Below, one piece after another: positions 14,550 through 24,601 of a stretch of DNA of 25,153 nt. The notes beneath the pieces were generated by a model, which ran no database searches, had not been told where the DNA came from, and saw only the letters and a list, made by a program, of their open reading frames with translations. Made by a program: the position numbers and the translations under genes. The stretch is from a virus (lineage: Duplodnaviria; Caudoviricetes): positions 1 to 25,153 of the IMG/VR virus record IMGVR_UViG_3300037484_000343, one strand, 5' to 3'. Each line of letters begins with the position of its first letter. Positions within the stretch are counted from its first letter, which is position 1.

Positions 14550-17027
14550 ATGCCCGAAGAAGTCTTGCAAGAGATTGTGCGCTTTGACGTCGACACGGCG
14601 GCCACGCGGCGGCTGCAACGTGAGATCGCGTCTATTCGGGCGGGCCTGCAAGATTTGAAAAAAACCGCCCGGCAGTTGGACGCCGGCAGCGGCGCGGCTG
14701 ATCTCGGCGAGTCGTTGAATGAGGCGCGCCAGGAGGCGGTCAAGTTCGAGCGCGACGTAACCGATGCGACGCAGGCCGTCAAGCAGTTGGCGCGCGAGTC
14801 CAAAAAGGTCCAGATACAACCCGCCGATACCGCGCGGCAGCAGGGCAGATCGTTCAATGCCGGGTTACAGGCGACACGATTGGCGAATCTGGCGGGGAGC
14901 GTGGGGTTGCAGCCCGTATCCGGGGCACTGCGGCTGGCGGATGATATTTTTGATGCGGCAGACGCAGCGAAAGCGCTCAAGGGCGAGTTACCGGGACTGA
15001 TCGGCAGCCTGGGGTTGACAACCACCGGGACTGTCGCGGCGACGGTGGCACTGGGGGCTATGGCAGCCGCCATCCTCGTTGGTAAAGATACATTTGACGA
15101 GATCGCCGCGTCGGCCAACGCTGCGCAGCAGGCGGTCGGCGGACAGATTACCGCACTGCGCCAGTATTATGACTTCATCGGCAAAGCAACCTCAGATGAT
15201 CTATCGGCGCGTACTGCGGAGAATCTCGACCGCCAGCGCCTTAATTCGCAACTGCTCGAAGACCTGAATGGGCTGAAAAGCGCGGTGCTGGCGGGCGTCG
15301 ACATCAATGATCGCGGTGCGTTGGAAACTTTCGCCGAGGGTTCGGTGCGTGCACTGGATGCGTTGGGATTGCTCGATTACGGCCTGGACGATCTGGATAA
15401 AGCCATTAACGAGGTCAGCGCGTCCTTAACGGCAGAACGATCCGAGTTCAATTTGCTGGCACGGGCGCGGGTTGAAGGTGCGACGGCAATGAATGATCAG
15501 CGCGCCTTTGAGGAGCAGATCACAAAAGACCGTATTGCGGCCCTGGAACGCGAGGCACAGGCAGAAATTCAGACGGCGGAATTGATCCGCATAGGCAGCA
15601 GCGATCAAGTCAGGATTCGCCAGGAACAGATCACAAACGAGCTAGAGGCTTATCGTGAGTTGGCTACTGAACTTGAACCCTTGATCGCCACCTCGGATGA
15701 GGCCGGGCAAAAACTGGCGGGTGTGCGCAACACGATCTCTTTACTTGAAGAGGAAAGCAGCCGCCTGACCAATACCATCGCCCCGGCAGTCGAGGCGCAC
15801 GAACAGCAGGTCAAAGCCCTGGAATTGCTCGAAAAGGTCCAACAAATGGCACGGCAGGGCACCGAGGCATTGACGGGTTCGGTGAGCGGGCTGGCCGATT
15901 CGGTTGACGCGGGCCAACTTCGCTTGCAAGAATACCAGGAGGAGCAGGCGCGGGTAGACGCCGACCGCGCGCTGGATGTGGCGCGCGCAGAGGAGGATTA
16001 TTCCCGCGAGCGCACCGACAAGATCGCCGATCACTACGACGACCTGGCGCAGCTCGACCAGAAATATTTTGAGGATCGCCAGGACATCCTGGACGACATG
16101 CGCGCGGCGAAAGACGAGACCAATCAAGAGCGCCTGGCCGCGCTTGACGAATACAACCAGGAAGCGCAGCGCGCTTCCCGCGATCACCAGAAGCGCATTC
16201 AGGACATCCAGCGCAGCACACAGACGGATATTGCCGCTGCCCGGCTGGATGCCATTGGCGTAGACGCGGCTCAACGGCGCGGCGAAGAGCAGCTCCGCGA
16301 GGAAAACGAGCAGTACAAGGAATCCGAGCGCCAGCGCCAGGAAGAATTTAAGGACACGCTCAAGCAGATCGAGCGCGAACGCAGCAGCAAACTCAAGGCG
16401 GGAGCACAGGCGCTGCGTGACCTGGACGCGCAGCACGCCCGCGAGCGGGCTGAAAAAGAGCGCCAGTTCTGGCTCGAACTCAGCCGGGAGCAGCAGGAGT
16501 ACCAGATCCAACAGCAGCGCCAACAGCAGGATTGGCAGATTGAAGATCAGCGGCGTCAGCAGCATTACGGCGTCGTCGAAACCGAAACGGGCACGCATTA
16601 CAGCACCTTGTACGGGATGACCGTGACCGGGTTTGCCAATATCCGGGCCGCCTGGGACGCAGGTATGTCGTTATTGGCGAGTGTCACCCCGCCATCGCCT
16701 GCCGTCGGCGCGCCGACGTACAGCGCGCCCATTTATGGCGGAGGGGGTTATCGCCCGGCGTATGCGGGCGGCGGAATACCCCCGGTAGGCCGCGATGTGA
16801 TCGTCGGTGAGCGCGGGCCGGAATACGTGCGGTTTATGCAGCCCGCGCGGGTGTACTCGGCGGCCGAAACGCGCGCGATGATGAGCCGGGGCATCACCTG
16901 GCACGGCGATATTAACCCCGTGATCCAGTTGGGCAATATCGGCGGGCGCTCGGACCGGGACCTGATCGCCTTGATTAAACGGGGTGTTGAACACGCGATG
17001 ACGGACCAATTCGAGGCGATGGGGTGA
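14550..17027 (+). CDS. Tape measure protein (825 aa)
   Basis: Long helical Ala/Glu/Gln-rich protein after the chaperones, with a hydrophobic segment near aa 150-175, an 11-residue aromatic periodicity (H-F-Y-W-Y-Y-F, ~16435-16635), and C-terminal YAGGG...VGERGPE. Confidence 0.9.
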   Translation: MPEEVLQEIVRFDVDTAATRRLQREIASIRAGLQDLKKTARQLDAGSGAADLGESLNEARQEAVKFERDVTDATQAVKQLARESKKVQIQPADTARQQGRSFNAGLQATRLANLAGSVGLQPVSGALRLADDIFDAADAAKALKGELPGLIGSLGLTTTGTVAATVALGAMAAAILVGKDTFDEIAASANAAQQAVGGQITALRQYYDFIGKATSDDLSARTAENLDRQRLNSQLLEDLNGLKSAVLAGVDINDRGALETFAEGSVRALDALGLLDYGLDDLDKAINEVSASLTAERSEFNLLARARVEGATAMNDQRAFEEQITKDRIAALEREAQAEIQTAELIRIGSSDQVRIRQEQITNELEAYRELATELEPLIATSDEAGQKLAGVRNTISLLEEESSRLTNTIAPAVEAHEQQVKALELLEKVQQMARQGTEALTGSVSGLADSVDAGQLRLQEYQEEQARVDADRALDVARAEEDYSRERTDKIADHYDDLAQLDQKYFEDRQDILDDMRAAKDETNQERLAALDEYNQEAQRASRDHQKRIQDIQRSTQTDIAAARLDAIGVDAAQRRGEEQLREENEQYKESERQRQEEFKDTLKQIERERSSKLKAGAQALRDLDAQHARERAEKERQFWLELSREQQEYQIQQQRQQQDWQIEDQRRQQHYGVVETETGTHYSTLYGMTVTGFANIRAAWDAGMSLLASVTPPSPAVGAPTYSAPIYGGGGYRPAYAGGGIPPVGRDVIVGERGPEYVRFMQPARVYSAAETRAMMSRGITWHGDINPVIQLGNIGGRSDRDLIALIKRGVEHAMTDQFEAMG

Positions 17028-17028
17028 G

Positions 17029-17415
17029 ATGGCTTATCAGGTAGCGGTGGGACACGATAACGAGGCCGGATTTGTCACGACAGACCCGGAGCCTGTCTGC
17101 CCGCTGGGGATTCAATACCCGGTGCACGTCACGGCGGCCAGCGGCGTGACGTATGCGGACGGCGCGCCGTTTACGGTGTGGGAATACGACATTCTGACGG
17201 CGGCGCAGTATGCGACGAAGCTCACCGAGAATGGCCTGACGACTGCCCCGGACAGCGTGAGCGCCAACGTGACGATCAGCACCATCGCACATGATCGCTC
17301 GACCTACGCCAATTACAACGCCATCGTGCTGCACCGCAAGGGCGAAGACGCCGAGTTTCGGGACGGGCTGTTTCGCGGAGTCCGGTTCTTGTACCGCCAA
17401 TTGGAGAGTACCTAA
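17029..17415 (+). CDS. Distal tail protein-like (putative)
   Basis: 128 aa directly after the tape measure, with TAATG coupling to the tail-tip gene. Called by position. Confidence 0.5.
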   Translation: MAYQVAVGHDNEAGFVTTDPEPVCPLGIQYPVHVTAASGVTYADGAPFTVWEYDILTAAQYATKLTENGLTTAPDSVSANVTISTIAHDRSTYANYNAIVLHRKGEDAEFRDGLFRGVRFLYRQLEST

Positions 17416-20400
17416 TGCCCGCCACCTGGCGCGATCATCCCTACCACGTCATGAGATTCCTGCACCTGCTGGCCCCCGCCACCGTCTTCGCGGCGCGCGT
17501 CAACCAGGCCAGCTTCACTTACCCGCTGGCACAGGTGACGTTCGACGGGGTAACAACGGGCGCATACGGGGACATCGTACCCGGTATGACGGTGTTGTTC
17601 GGCACAGCGGCGGGCGCGGATGATCGGGGGCGGCAGCGCGTGCGTAAGGCCGCCACGAGCAGCCTGCTCTATGTGGGTTGGTCGAGTCGGGGGATTCGGG
17701 ATGGTGAGTTAGACCTGTCCGACGATTTGTATATCACCGTCTTAGACGATTACCGCGCCTGGGCCAAAATTCCGCGCATTACGCAAGCGGGCGTGATGTA
17801 CAAGGATTTCGACACGGTAATCGCCGACGGCACGCCAGCGCCCCCGGTAGCGAACGGTGGGCCGGGTTACGCGGGGTTTGTGAACGCCAGCACGGGCCTG
17901 ATTACCGTTGACTTCACAGCAGCCAATTCATTTGCTACCGCCCCCGGTGCAGCACTGACCACCTACGCCTGGGACTTTGGCGACGGCACGCCCGGCACAG
18001 CCAGCACGTCCGTCGTAAGCAACGTGACTTTTCCGGCGGGCTTCCGTTGGGTATCCCTAACGGTCACCGACGATAACAGCAAAACCCACACCTGCCGTAT
18101 TCCCATCTTCGCGGCAGTGGACACCGGGGCCGGAACAGAATTAAGTTACGCGGGAGCGACGTTCAGCGCGTCGTTTACCGACCCCGGCTCTCTCCCTGAC
18201 AACGCTTTCGACAATAGCAATGCGACACACTGGGAGAGTTCCCCTGCCGAAACGGAATGGTTAGCCGTTGCGTTGAGTGGACCCGCAGCTGTGGGGGGCT
18301 ATCGGGTGTATGGCATTGGCACTGGGGCCGTTCGTGATTGGACCCTTGAATATAAAGTGGGCGTTAACTGGATCATCGCAGATACCCAAACAAACCAGAG
18401 TGCGGGCGTGCTTCACGCCTATACATTGTCTGCCCCGATCACCGCAACAGAATGGCGGCTTAACATAACGGCCAACAATGGCGATATTCTCGAACTCAAC
18501 GTCTATGAGTTTGATCTCCTCTCTGCCACGACGCGCAACTACATCAGCAATTTTGAAGTGACCAGCCATACCCTCACCCCGGCGGGCCAGCGCATAGAGT
18601 TTGTTATTCACGAGGCGATCCCCGAAACGACCTACCCGGACGGCACGCTCGTCATGTATTGGGAAGAGGAAGTCTATAACGGCGTGGCGGGATCGCTGGC
18701 GGGCGTAGCGGACCGGGAGCATGTCAAATTCATCGGTTGGCATGACACGGATACCGCACGCCTGACGATTGATCCCAGCGGTCCGATCCCGTCCGTCTCG
18801 CTGGCGGCATTGGACATCGGCGGGCGGCTGGCGCAACTGCCCGGCTTCCCGCAGGTGGTGGAGCGCGATGCATCGCCGTCGAAATGGACGCAGCTTGCCA
18901 GTGCCAACCTGGATCGCTACGTGCATTATCTGCTGTACTGGCACAGCACGGCGCTTGAAGTGGCTGACTTTACGTGGTCGGGAACGCTTGATACCTATGG
19001 CTTTTCGCGGCTGGTATCCCCCGGCGAATCGCTGTGGGAGCAGGCGTCCACCCGCGCGCGGGCGATGGACGGGGTGTACCTGTTGACCTGCAATAAATTC
19101 GGCCAGTTGGCGATAAAAGCCGATCCGCAACTGCAAGACACGGGAGATCGCACGGCAACGGTCATCACCGACATTGACGAAACAGACTGGGCAGGCGAAC
19201 CAACGTACACCCACCAGCGCGCGCCGCGCGTCCATTGGAATTGGGGCAGCGCAATCGTGGCGGGCACATCTGAGGCCGACAGCAGCACGCTCAAGATCAG
19301 GTCGGTCTTCTGTGTCGCGCCGGGGGAAGCGCCGGGTCAGGGCGCGACGGCCAACAACCAGGGCGAGATGCTGGTGCAGTCACAAGATGTCCTCAATAAC
19401 GGGGCGGGCCATGCCTATACTCGTGTGAACGCGCCAGAGGGGTTATGGGAAGTGCCGCTGGCGCATGGCGGGGACATTGGCATAGACCCGGCGGCGCTGA
19501 CCTGGGTGAGAATGACGGTCAGCGCCGACACCGCCGCGCAGCGCGGGTTGGCACTCACCGACGAGCGATTTCTACCCGTTGAGGTGCTGGTTGAACACGA
19601 TAACGCCAACATGACGAAGGTGGTCCGGTTGCGCTTGGAACGGGAACAGGTCGGCACACCCGCGCAGACGTTCGTTCCAAAGACGGGGACCGTTGTCCCC
19701 GTCACGCCGCCGATTACCGACTGGACACCCTGGCCGTATACGGATATTACCGGACTGGGATCGCTCTGGCTGCACCGGGGGGTTAAAAAGCTGGCGGTAT
19801 TTTCTACCGACAACTACCTGAATATCACGACAGATTTTAGCGTCCCGTCGGCGTCGGGCGGTCCGGCTTGGACTCGGCAACTCCTGAGCGTGGACGGCGC
19901 GATTGTTCAATTTGTGGTGGATGCTTTTTCGCCGCTCTATCTCGGAACGGGGACAACCGTCAACGGCTGGCTGTTTACGACAGAAAAAATATATCGCATT
20001 ACGGACATATTCGGGACCGTCGGATTGACCGCGCAGCATACGTTTAACGCGGCGACTGTTTTTTCATACGTATCAGGCAACATTCATGGGGGCCGCCGCA
20101 GCGCCGACGCCAGCTTCGGCGTTCAAAATCATGTGGCGTGTTGTTCGTATTATAAAAATCATGCCACTTATCCCGGCGTGTGGGCCGCCTACACCACCGA
20201 TGGAGTCAATTGGACTGAGGTCCAAGTGACTGCCGGGTATCACTCCGGATCGTGGGGCGGTGCACCAGAGGGCGGCTGGAATATCATGACGCCCGGCTGT
20301 TACGTGTCCAGCCATATCGCCGGACGGATTTACACGACGGCGGTCAAAACGACGGGCAACCCCCCGACTTGTAAGGGATATGTCAGTTCTGACTACGGCG

Positions 20401-20912
20401 CAACCTGGGCAGAATTAACCGGGTCCAACGGTCCGGCTATGACGTTGGGAGAATCACTTGCCAATGAGGTCCATGTCCCCTGGCATGATAACGCCGCTGA
20501 CAACCTCGTTTATTACGGTTGGCGAGACTACGGCGTGGGGGTAGACGGGAAAATTTACAGAAATGCAGACATGATCTTCGAGGATGCGAGAACACCAACG
20601 GCCTCACGCTGGTTTATCGTATCGTCGGCGGAGAACAGGCAGTACATGGCCGCGTCTCTGCTTGGGCAAGATGCGGTTGAGTCCGGGTTATATGTCAGCA
20701 AAGATGCGGGTACGACCTGGACATTGGTAGCTGAAGACTATGTAGGGCGTGTAGCGCTGGCGGGTGACAATAACGAGATTCTCTATTTTTTGGGAGAGAC
20801 GCCCGGCGGTCAAAAAATCCAATATTCCCAAGATTTCGGCGGCAATTTTGATGACAGAACGGGGAGTTTGGCTATCGGGTCAAACAACTTTGTCGGACTG
20901 TGCGGGGGATGA
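17415..20912 (+). CDS. Large tail-tip/hub protein with PKD domain, F5/8-type C (discoidin/CBM32-like) domain and C-terminal Asp-box beta-propeller
   Basis: PKD: YAWDFGDG (~17964-17987)...VSLTVTDD. Discoidin: PDNAFDNSNATHWES...EWLAV...DWTLEY...EWRLNIT. Asp-boxes: TTDGVNW, SSDYGATW, SKDAGTTW, SQDFGGNF. Confidence 0.75.
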   Translation: MPATWRDHPYHVMRFLHLLAPATVFAARVNQASFTYPLAQVTFDGVTTGAYGDIVPGMTVLFGTAAGADDRGRQRVRKAATSSLLYVGWSSRGIRDGELDLSDDLYITVLDDYRAWAKIPRITQAGVMYKDFDTVIADGTPAPPVANGGPGYAGFVNASTGLITVDFTAANSFATAPGAALTTYAWDFGDGTPGTASTSVVSNVTFPAGFRWVSLTVTDDNSKTHTCRIPIFAAVDTGAGTELSYAGATFSASFTDPGSLPDNAFDNSNATHWESSPAETEWLAVALSGPAAVGGYRVYGIGTGAVRDWTLEYKVGVNWIIADTQTNQSAGVLHAYTLSAPITATEWRLNITANNGDILELNVYEFDLLSATTRNYISNFEVTSHTLTPAGQRIEFVIHEAIPETTYPDGTLVMYWEEEVYNGVAGSLAGVADREHVKFIGWHDTDTARLTIDPSGPIPSVSLAALDIGGRLAQLPGFPQVVERDASPSKWTQLASANLDRYVHYLLYWHSTALEVADFTWSGTLDTYGFSRLVSPGESLWEQASTRARAMDGVYLLTCNKFGQLAIKADPQLQDTGDRTATVITDIDETDWAGEPTYTHQRAPRVHWNWGSAIVAGTSEADSSTLKIRSVFCVAPGEAPGQGATANNQGEMLVQSQDVLNNGAGHAYTRVNAPEGLWEVPLAHGGDIGIDPAALTWVRMTVSADTAAQRGLALTDERFLPVEVLVEHDNANMTKVVRLRLEREQVGTPAQTFVPKTGTVVPVTPPITDWTPWPYTDITGLGSLWLHRGVKKLAVFSTDNYLNITTDFSVPSASGGPAWTRQLLSVDGAIVQFVVDAFSPLYLGTGTTVNGWLFTTEKIYRITDIFGTVGLTAQHTFNAATVFSYVSGNIHGGRRSADASFGVQNHVACCSYYKNHATYPGVWAAYTTDGVNWTEVQVTAGYHSGSWGGAPEGGWNIMTPGCYVSSHIAGRIYTTAVKTTGNPPTCKGYVSSDYGATWAELTGSNGPAMTLGESLANEVHVPWHDNAADNLVYYGWRDYGVGVDGKIYRNADMIFEDARTPTASRWFIVSSAENRQYMAASLLGQDAVESGLYVSKDAGTTWTLVAEDYVGRVALAGDNNEILYFLGETPGGQKIQYSQDFGGNFDDRTGSLAIGSNNFVGLCGG

Positions 20913-20915
20913 GGC

Positions 20916-21971
20916 ATGAATGATCTAACGCGCGCCTTTACGAGAGCCGTCCGCCGCCGCAGCCGTCCGGTTACTCTTTCAGGACTGATCGGCGACAAAA
21001 ACGACGACGGCACCTATACGATCCAGGTGAACGGGCAGCCCGGCTTTGTCTACGTGCGGGCGCGCTATGACGATGGCGCGGGCGGGGTTGTCGTCGCTTA
21101 CAACGGCAAGGTGGAGGCGCGGCCCGATCTGCCCGTGCTGATGACCATGAACGAGACAGGCGTGCTGACCATCGTGGGCGTGGATTACGCTCAACTGGAT
21201 AACTACTACGAGGGCGGCGCGGCGGAATCCACCGGAGTAGGGCCGCACCATCACAACCTGGGGTCGGGCCTTGAAGACCTGGTGGAAGGGCTGCGCTTTA
21301 TGCCCGGCCTGGTGCACTGCCACAAGGTCGCGGGCGTGTTTGGGCTGCTGGTGTATATCGAGCCGTTCGCCTACGAATATGGCGGCGTGCTGAAATACTG
21401 GCCGGGCGGCTCGCTCGACCTGACCAGCTATCGCCCGGCGACGGCCAGCAAACAGGCCTGGGTGATCATCGGCGTGAATCCCGTAACGAACGCGGCGGCA
21501 GCAAAGACCGGGAGTGAATATGCGCTGGCCGTTCCGCTGCGCCCGGCGGACACCAGCGGCATTGACTTCTCAGGCCGGATTCCGCTGGCGGGGATCAAGC
21601 TCAAAAACGGGCAAACGACGATCAATAACTTCGCGAACTTCTGCGATCTGCGCCTGTATGCATCGGGCGGGCCGTCGGTGGGCAAACGGCGCGGCGTGCT
21701 CACGAAAACGGCGAATTACACCGCCACCAGCGCGGACGACGTGATCATCGTCGATGCGGCCAGCGGCAATGTGACGATCACCTTGCCCGCGGCTGCCAGC
21801 AGCACGGGGTTGGAACTGACGATTAAGCGCATAGACGCGAGCGGGAACACGATGACGATTGACGGCAATGCCAGCGAAACGATTGACGACAGCACGACCC
21901 AGGCGCTGAGCCAGTACGACGTGCTGACGATGGTGTGTGATGGCGCGGAATGGTGGATAACGGGGAACTAG
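20916..21971 (+). CDS. Tail fibre adaptor/anchor protein (putative)
   Basis: C-terminal beta domain TKTANYTATSADDVIIVDAASGNVTITLPAA...DGAEWWI, a pattern common in phage tail fibre/baseplate proteins; internal HHH motif. Confidence 0.6.
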   Translation: MNDLTRAFTRAVRRRSRPVTLSGLIGDKNDDGTYTIQVNGQPGFVYVRARYDDGAGGVVVAYNGKVEARPDLPVLMTMNETGVLTIVGVDYAQLDNYYEGGAAESTGVGPHHHNLGSGLEDLVEGLRFMPGLVHCHKVAGVFGLLVYIEPFAYEYGGVLKYWPGGSLDLTSYRPATASKQAWVIIGVNPVTNAAAAKTGSEYALAVPLRPADTSGIDFSGRIPLAGIKLKNGQTTINNFANFCDLRLYASGGPSVGKRRGVLTKTANYTATSADDVIIVDAASGNVTITLPAAASSTGLELTIKRIDASGNTMTIDGNASETIDDSTTQALSQYDVLTMVCDGAEWWITGN

Positions 21972-21972
21972 C

Positions 21973-24516
21973 ATGAGCGTATTCGATTGGTTTTTTGAAC
22001 TGCCCGGCCTTGATCCTGGCGGCGATTCCGCACCGCCGACTATCGCGCTGTCGTCTCCGTCCAGCGGCACGGTCTATGACACCGTGCTCGTGACGGCAAC
22101 CGCCAGTGAGGACATTACGGGACTCGCGGCGGGCGATATCACGTTGATCAATTGCTTGCTGTCCGAGTGGACGGCAGTTTCAGCGAAAGTTTATACTTTC
22201 GTGCTCACTGCGATTGCAGGGGGCACGTTCAGCGCGCAGATTCCGGCGGGGAGTTACACGGACTTATCCAGCAATCTTGGTGCTGCATCGGATGCGCTGT
22301 CGTTTACCTATGGCATTGAGTGGTTTGTGTCCCTAACGGGTTCGGATGCCGCCGACGGGTTGAGCAAAGACACGCCCAAGCTGACCATCGGCGCAGCGCT
22401 GGCGGCTGCGGGAGCCGACCTTACCCGTAAAACGATTGGGGTGATGGGCAACAACGCCATTTACAGGCACACGGCTTATCTAAATGTTCCCGATAACGTC
22501 AAGATCAGGGGATACAATAGTGATGTCCCTGTGTTGAGCCGCGCCACGCTGCTGTCATCGTGGGTCAAGACAGGCGGCTACACGAATGTCTACGAGTCGG
22601 CGATTGGCGCGACGGTGACGGTAGTGGAAGCGGTGTATCAGGATACCGTGACCTCCCTCACGTCACGGGCCGATCTCGCTACGCTGGACGCCGCCGCCGA
22701 AGGGTTTTATGCCGATTTCGCCGCCGACAAGCTCTATATCAACATGAGCGGCGTTGATAAAGACCCGGCGGGGAATACGATTGAGGCGGTTAGCCGGATC
22801 GACGGCACGACGGCGCAGACCGAGTTTGTTTACCTGGGCAATAGCTCACAGTTGGTCGGCTGCACTGTCCGGCACGCTGCAAGAGTCGCTGTAAACTCCA
22901 ATGCGACGGTCACACCTGCTGTCGTCTCGAACTGCGTCATCGAATATCACATGGGCACATTGTTTAGCAGCGTGGGGCTGAAGTCTAACGGTTCGACAAG
23001 GTTATTGACCAGCTCGAACAACGTATTCAGAAAGTGTAAAACGGGATTGTCCCCCGCGAACGGCTCGACGGTAACGAGCACCGGAGATCGGTTCACCGAG
23101 TTTGCGGTTGGTACGACCACCATCTTAGCCGGGACAACCGAAGTCTTTACGCTCAACAATGTCACCCTTGACAATAACCTGATGACGGCGACGGACACGC
23201 TCTTGATCCAGGCTCACTGGACGTTAACCGGATTTTTGGTTTCGCACCACAACGCCGGGATCGGCGTGCGAGTCAACTGTCCCGTTGGCGGACATTCGGT
23301 GAGCGGTTGGTCGGTGTACAACAACGGGAACATGGGGATCATCCATAATTCCGGCGGACCATTGACCATCGCCGACAGTGACATCTATGCCAACGGCTCG
23401 AATGGCGTTAACGGAAATATCGCCGGCGCCCTGATCGTGAACGACTCCCGCATCTACAACAACGGCGGGCCTGGTCTGGTGAGCAGTGGAACCGGGAGCA
23501 AAGCGCTCTACTGCCTGGTGTACAACAACGTCAGCGCGAATATCAATTTGACCGGGGGCAGCGCCCTGATTGAAGGCTGTAAGAATTACACCAACGCGAC
23601 AGCCACGCCAACCTGGAACTTTACGGTTTCAGGGGCCAGCGGAAAAATACGTATGTGTATCGCGCATGGCCTGAGTGTGGTGTCTTCCCGATCCCTGACA
23701 GGGGACAACATCCGGGTCGAGTATAACTGTTTTATTCAGCGCGTGGGCGGCTCGTACACGCTGGAACTCGAAGAAATCACACACGCCTGGGCCTATGCCA
23801 ATATGCTGATCAATGAACAGGGCTACTACAGCCTGATCATGAAAAAGATTAACGCGCTGGCCGCCCCGGATGATCACGGCGGCGCGGAGAAGAATATTGC
23901 CGTCTTCGGGCAGATTTATTGCAAGGCGTCTGTCGGAATCTATTTTCGCGGCAACTACATCTACCATCGAGTCTCACCGAGCTTTTTCGTGGCGCGCAAC
24001 GGTATCTTCTCAAGCGCCATCGAATTTACGGGGAATACGATAGACGGCGGCGATACCGCCGTCACCGTAGACACGGGCAACGAAGCGGGTTTCGTCGCCG
24101 ACAATAATCACTACATCAACAATCCGACCAAATGGAACTGGGTTGGCACGGACTACAACACGCTGGCGGCATGGAAAGCGGCGTCAAGCGTAGACGCGGC
24201 CAGCGACGAAACCGCGCCAACCGTTAACGAGGTGCTGGTTGCCGAGGCCGAAAACGCCGATCTTGCGGGTATCAAGTGGGGCTGGATCGTGATCAGCAAT
24301 TGGTCCGGCGGCGCGACGGTCACGGTAGACCTGTCAAGTCTAACCACGCTGGTTGAGGGGAACACGTACAAGCTGCAAAACGCGCTGAACGCGGCGGAGA
24401 GCCTGAATTTTGTCTACAACGGCTCGAATGTCGTGGTCACGATGGCAAACTGGTCAACGGACGCCATCTACGAGGCGTATCCGAGGTTTGGCGCGTTCAC
24501 AGTGGAAAGCGTTTAA
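21973..24516 (+). CDS. Tailspike/depolymerase-like protein: Ig-like domain plus right-handed parallel beta-helix
   Basis: N-terminal Ig-like segment (DSAPPTIALS...VTATASEDITGL...YTDLSSN), beta-helix cap WFVSLTGSDAADGLSKDTPKLTIGAAL, and Asn-ladder repeats VYNNGNMGI, IYANGSNGV, IYNNGGPGL, VYNNVSANI. Confidence 0.75.
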   Translation: MSVFDWFFELPGLDPGGDSAPPTIALSSPSSGTVYDTVLVTATASEDITGLAAGDITLINCLLSEWTAVSAKVYTFVLTAIAGGTFSAQIPAGSYTDLSSNLGAASDALSFTYGIEWFVSLTGSDAADGLSKDTPKLTIGAALAAAGADLTRKTIGVMGNNAIYRHTAYLNVPDNVKIRGYNSDVPVLSRATLLSSWVKTGGYTNVYESAIGATVTVVEAVYQDTVTSLTSRADLATLDAAAEGFYADFAADKLYINMSGVDKDPAGNTIEAVSRIDGTTAQTEFVYLGNSSQLVGCTVRHAARVAVNSNATVTPAVVSNCVIEYHMGTLFSSVGLKSNGSTRLLTSSNNVFRKCKTGLSPANGSTVTSTGDRFTEFAVGTTTILAGTTEVFTLNNVTLDNNLMTATDTLLIQAHWTLTGFLVSHHNAGIGVRVNCPVGGHSVSGWSVYNNGNMGIIHNSGGPLTIADSDIYANGSNGVNGNIAGALIVNDSRIYNNGGPGLVSSGTGSKALYCLVYNNVSANINLTGGSALIEGCKNYTNATATPTWNFTVSGASGKIRMCIAHGLSVVSSRSLTGDNIRVEYNCFIQRVGGSYTLELEEITHAWAYANMLINEQGYYSLIMKKINALAAPDDHGGAEKNIAVFGQIYCKASVGIYFRGNYIYHRVSPSFFVARNGIFSSAIEFTGNTIDGGDTAVTVDTGNEAGFVADNNHYINNPTKWNWVGTDYNTLAAWKAASSVDAASDETAPTVNEVLVAEAENADLAGIKWGWIVISNWSGGATVTVDLSSLTTLVEGNTYKLQNALNAAESLNFVYNGSNVVVTMANWSTDAIYEAYPRFGAFTVESV

Positions 24517-24601
24517 GCGCCCACCGCGCGGGCATGAAGGGCCGACGCGCAGCAGGCGCTTGTGAACAGTATAACATAGGCGGCCCCGGAAGTGGGGAAA
24601 C

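Noticed and set aside
16490-16565. CAG-rich stretch as a microsatellite
   Set aside because: Imperfect; it simply encodes the Gln-rich helical part of the tape measure protein.
18261-19235. 324-aa minus-strand ORF and similar antisense ORFs (4408-5211, 7811-8518, 15741-16598)
   Set aside because: Fully inside strong plus-strand genes, with Arg-rich non-protein-like composition.
24545-24580. Sigma70-like promoter (TATAAC at 24570-24575)
   Set aside because: No -35 element at proper spacing (TTGTGA is only 4 nt upstream) and no extended -10 TG.
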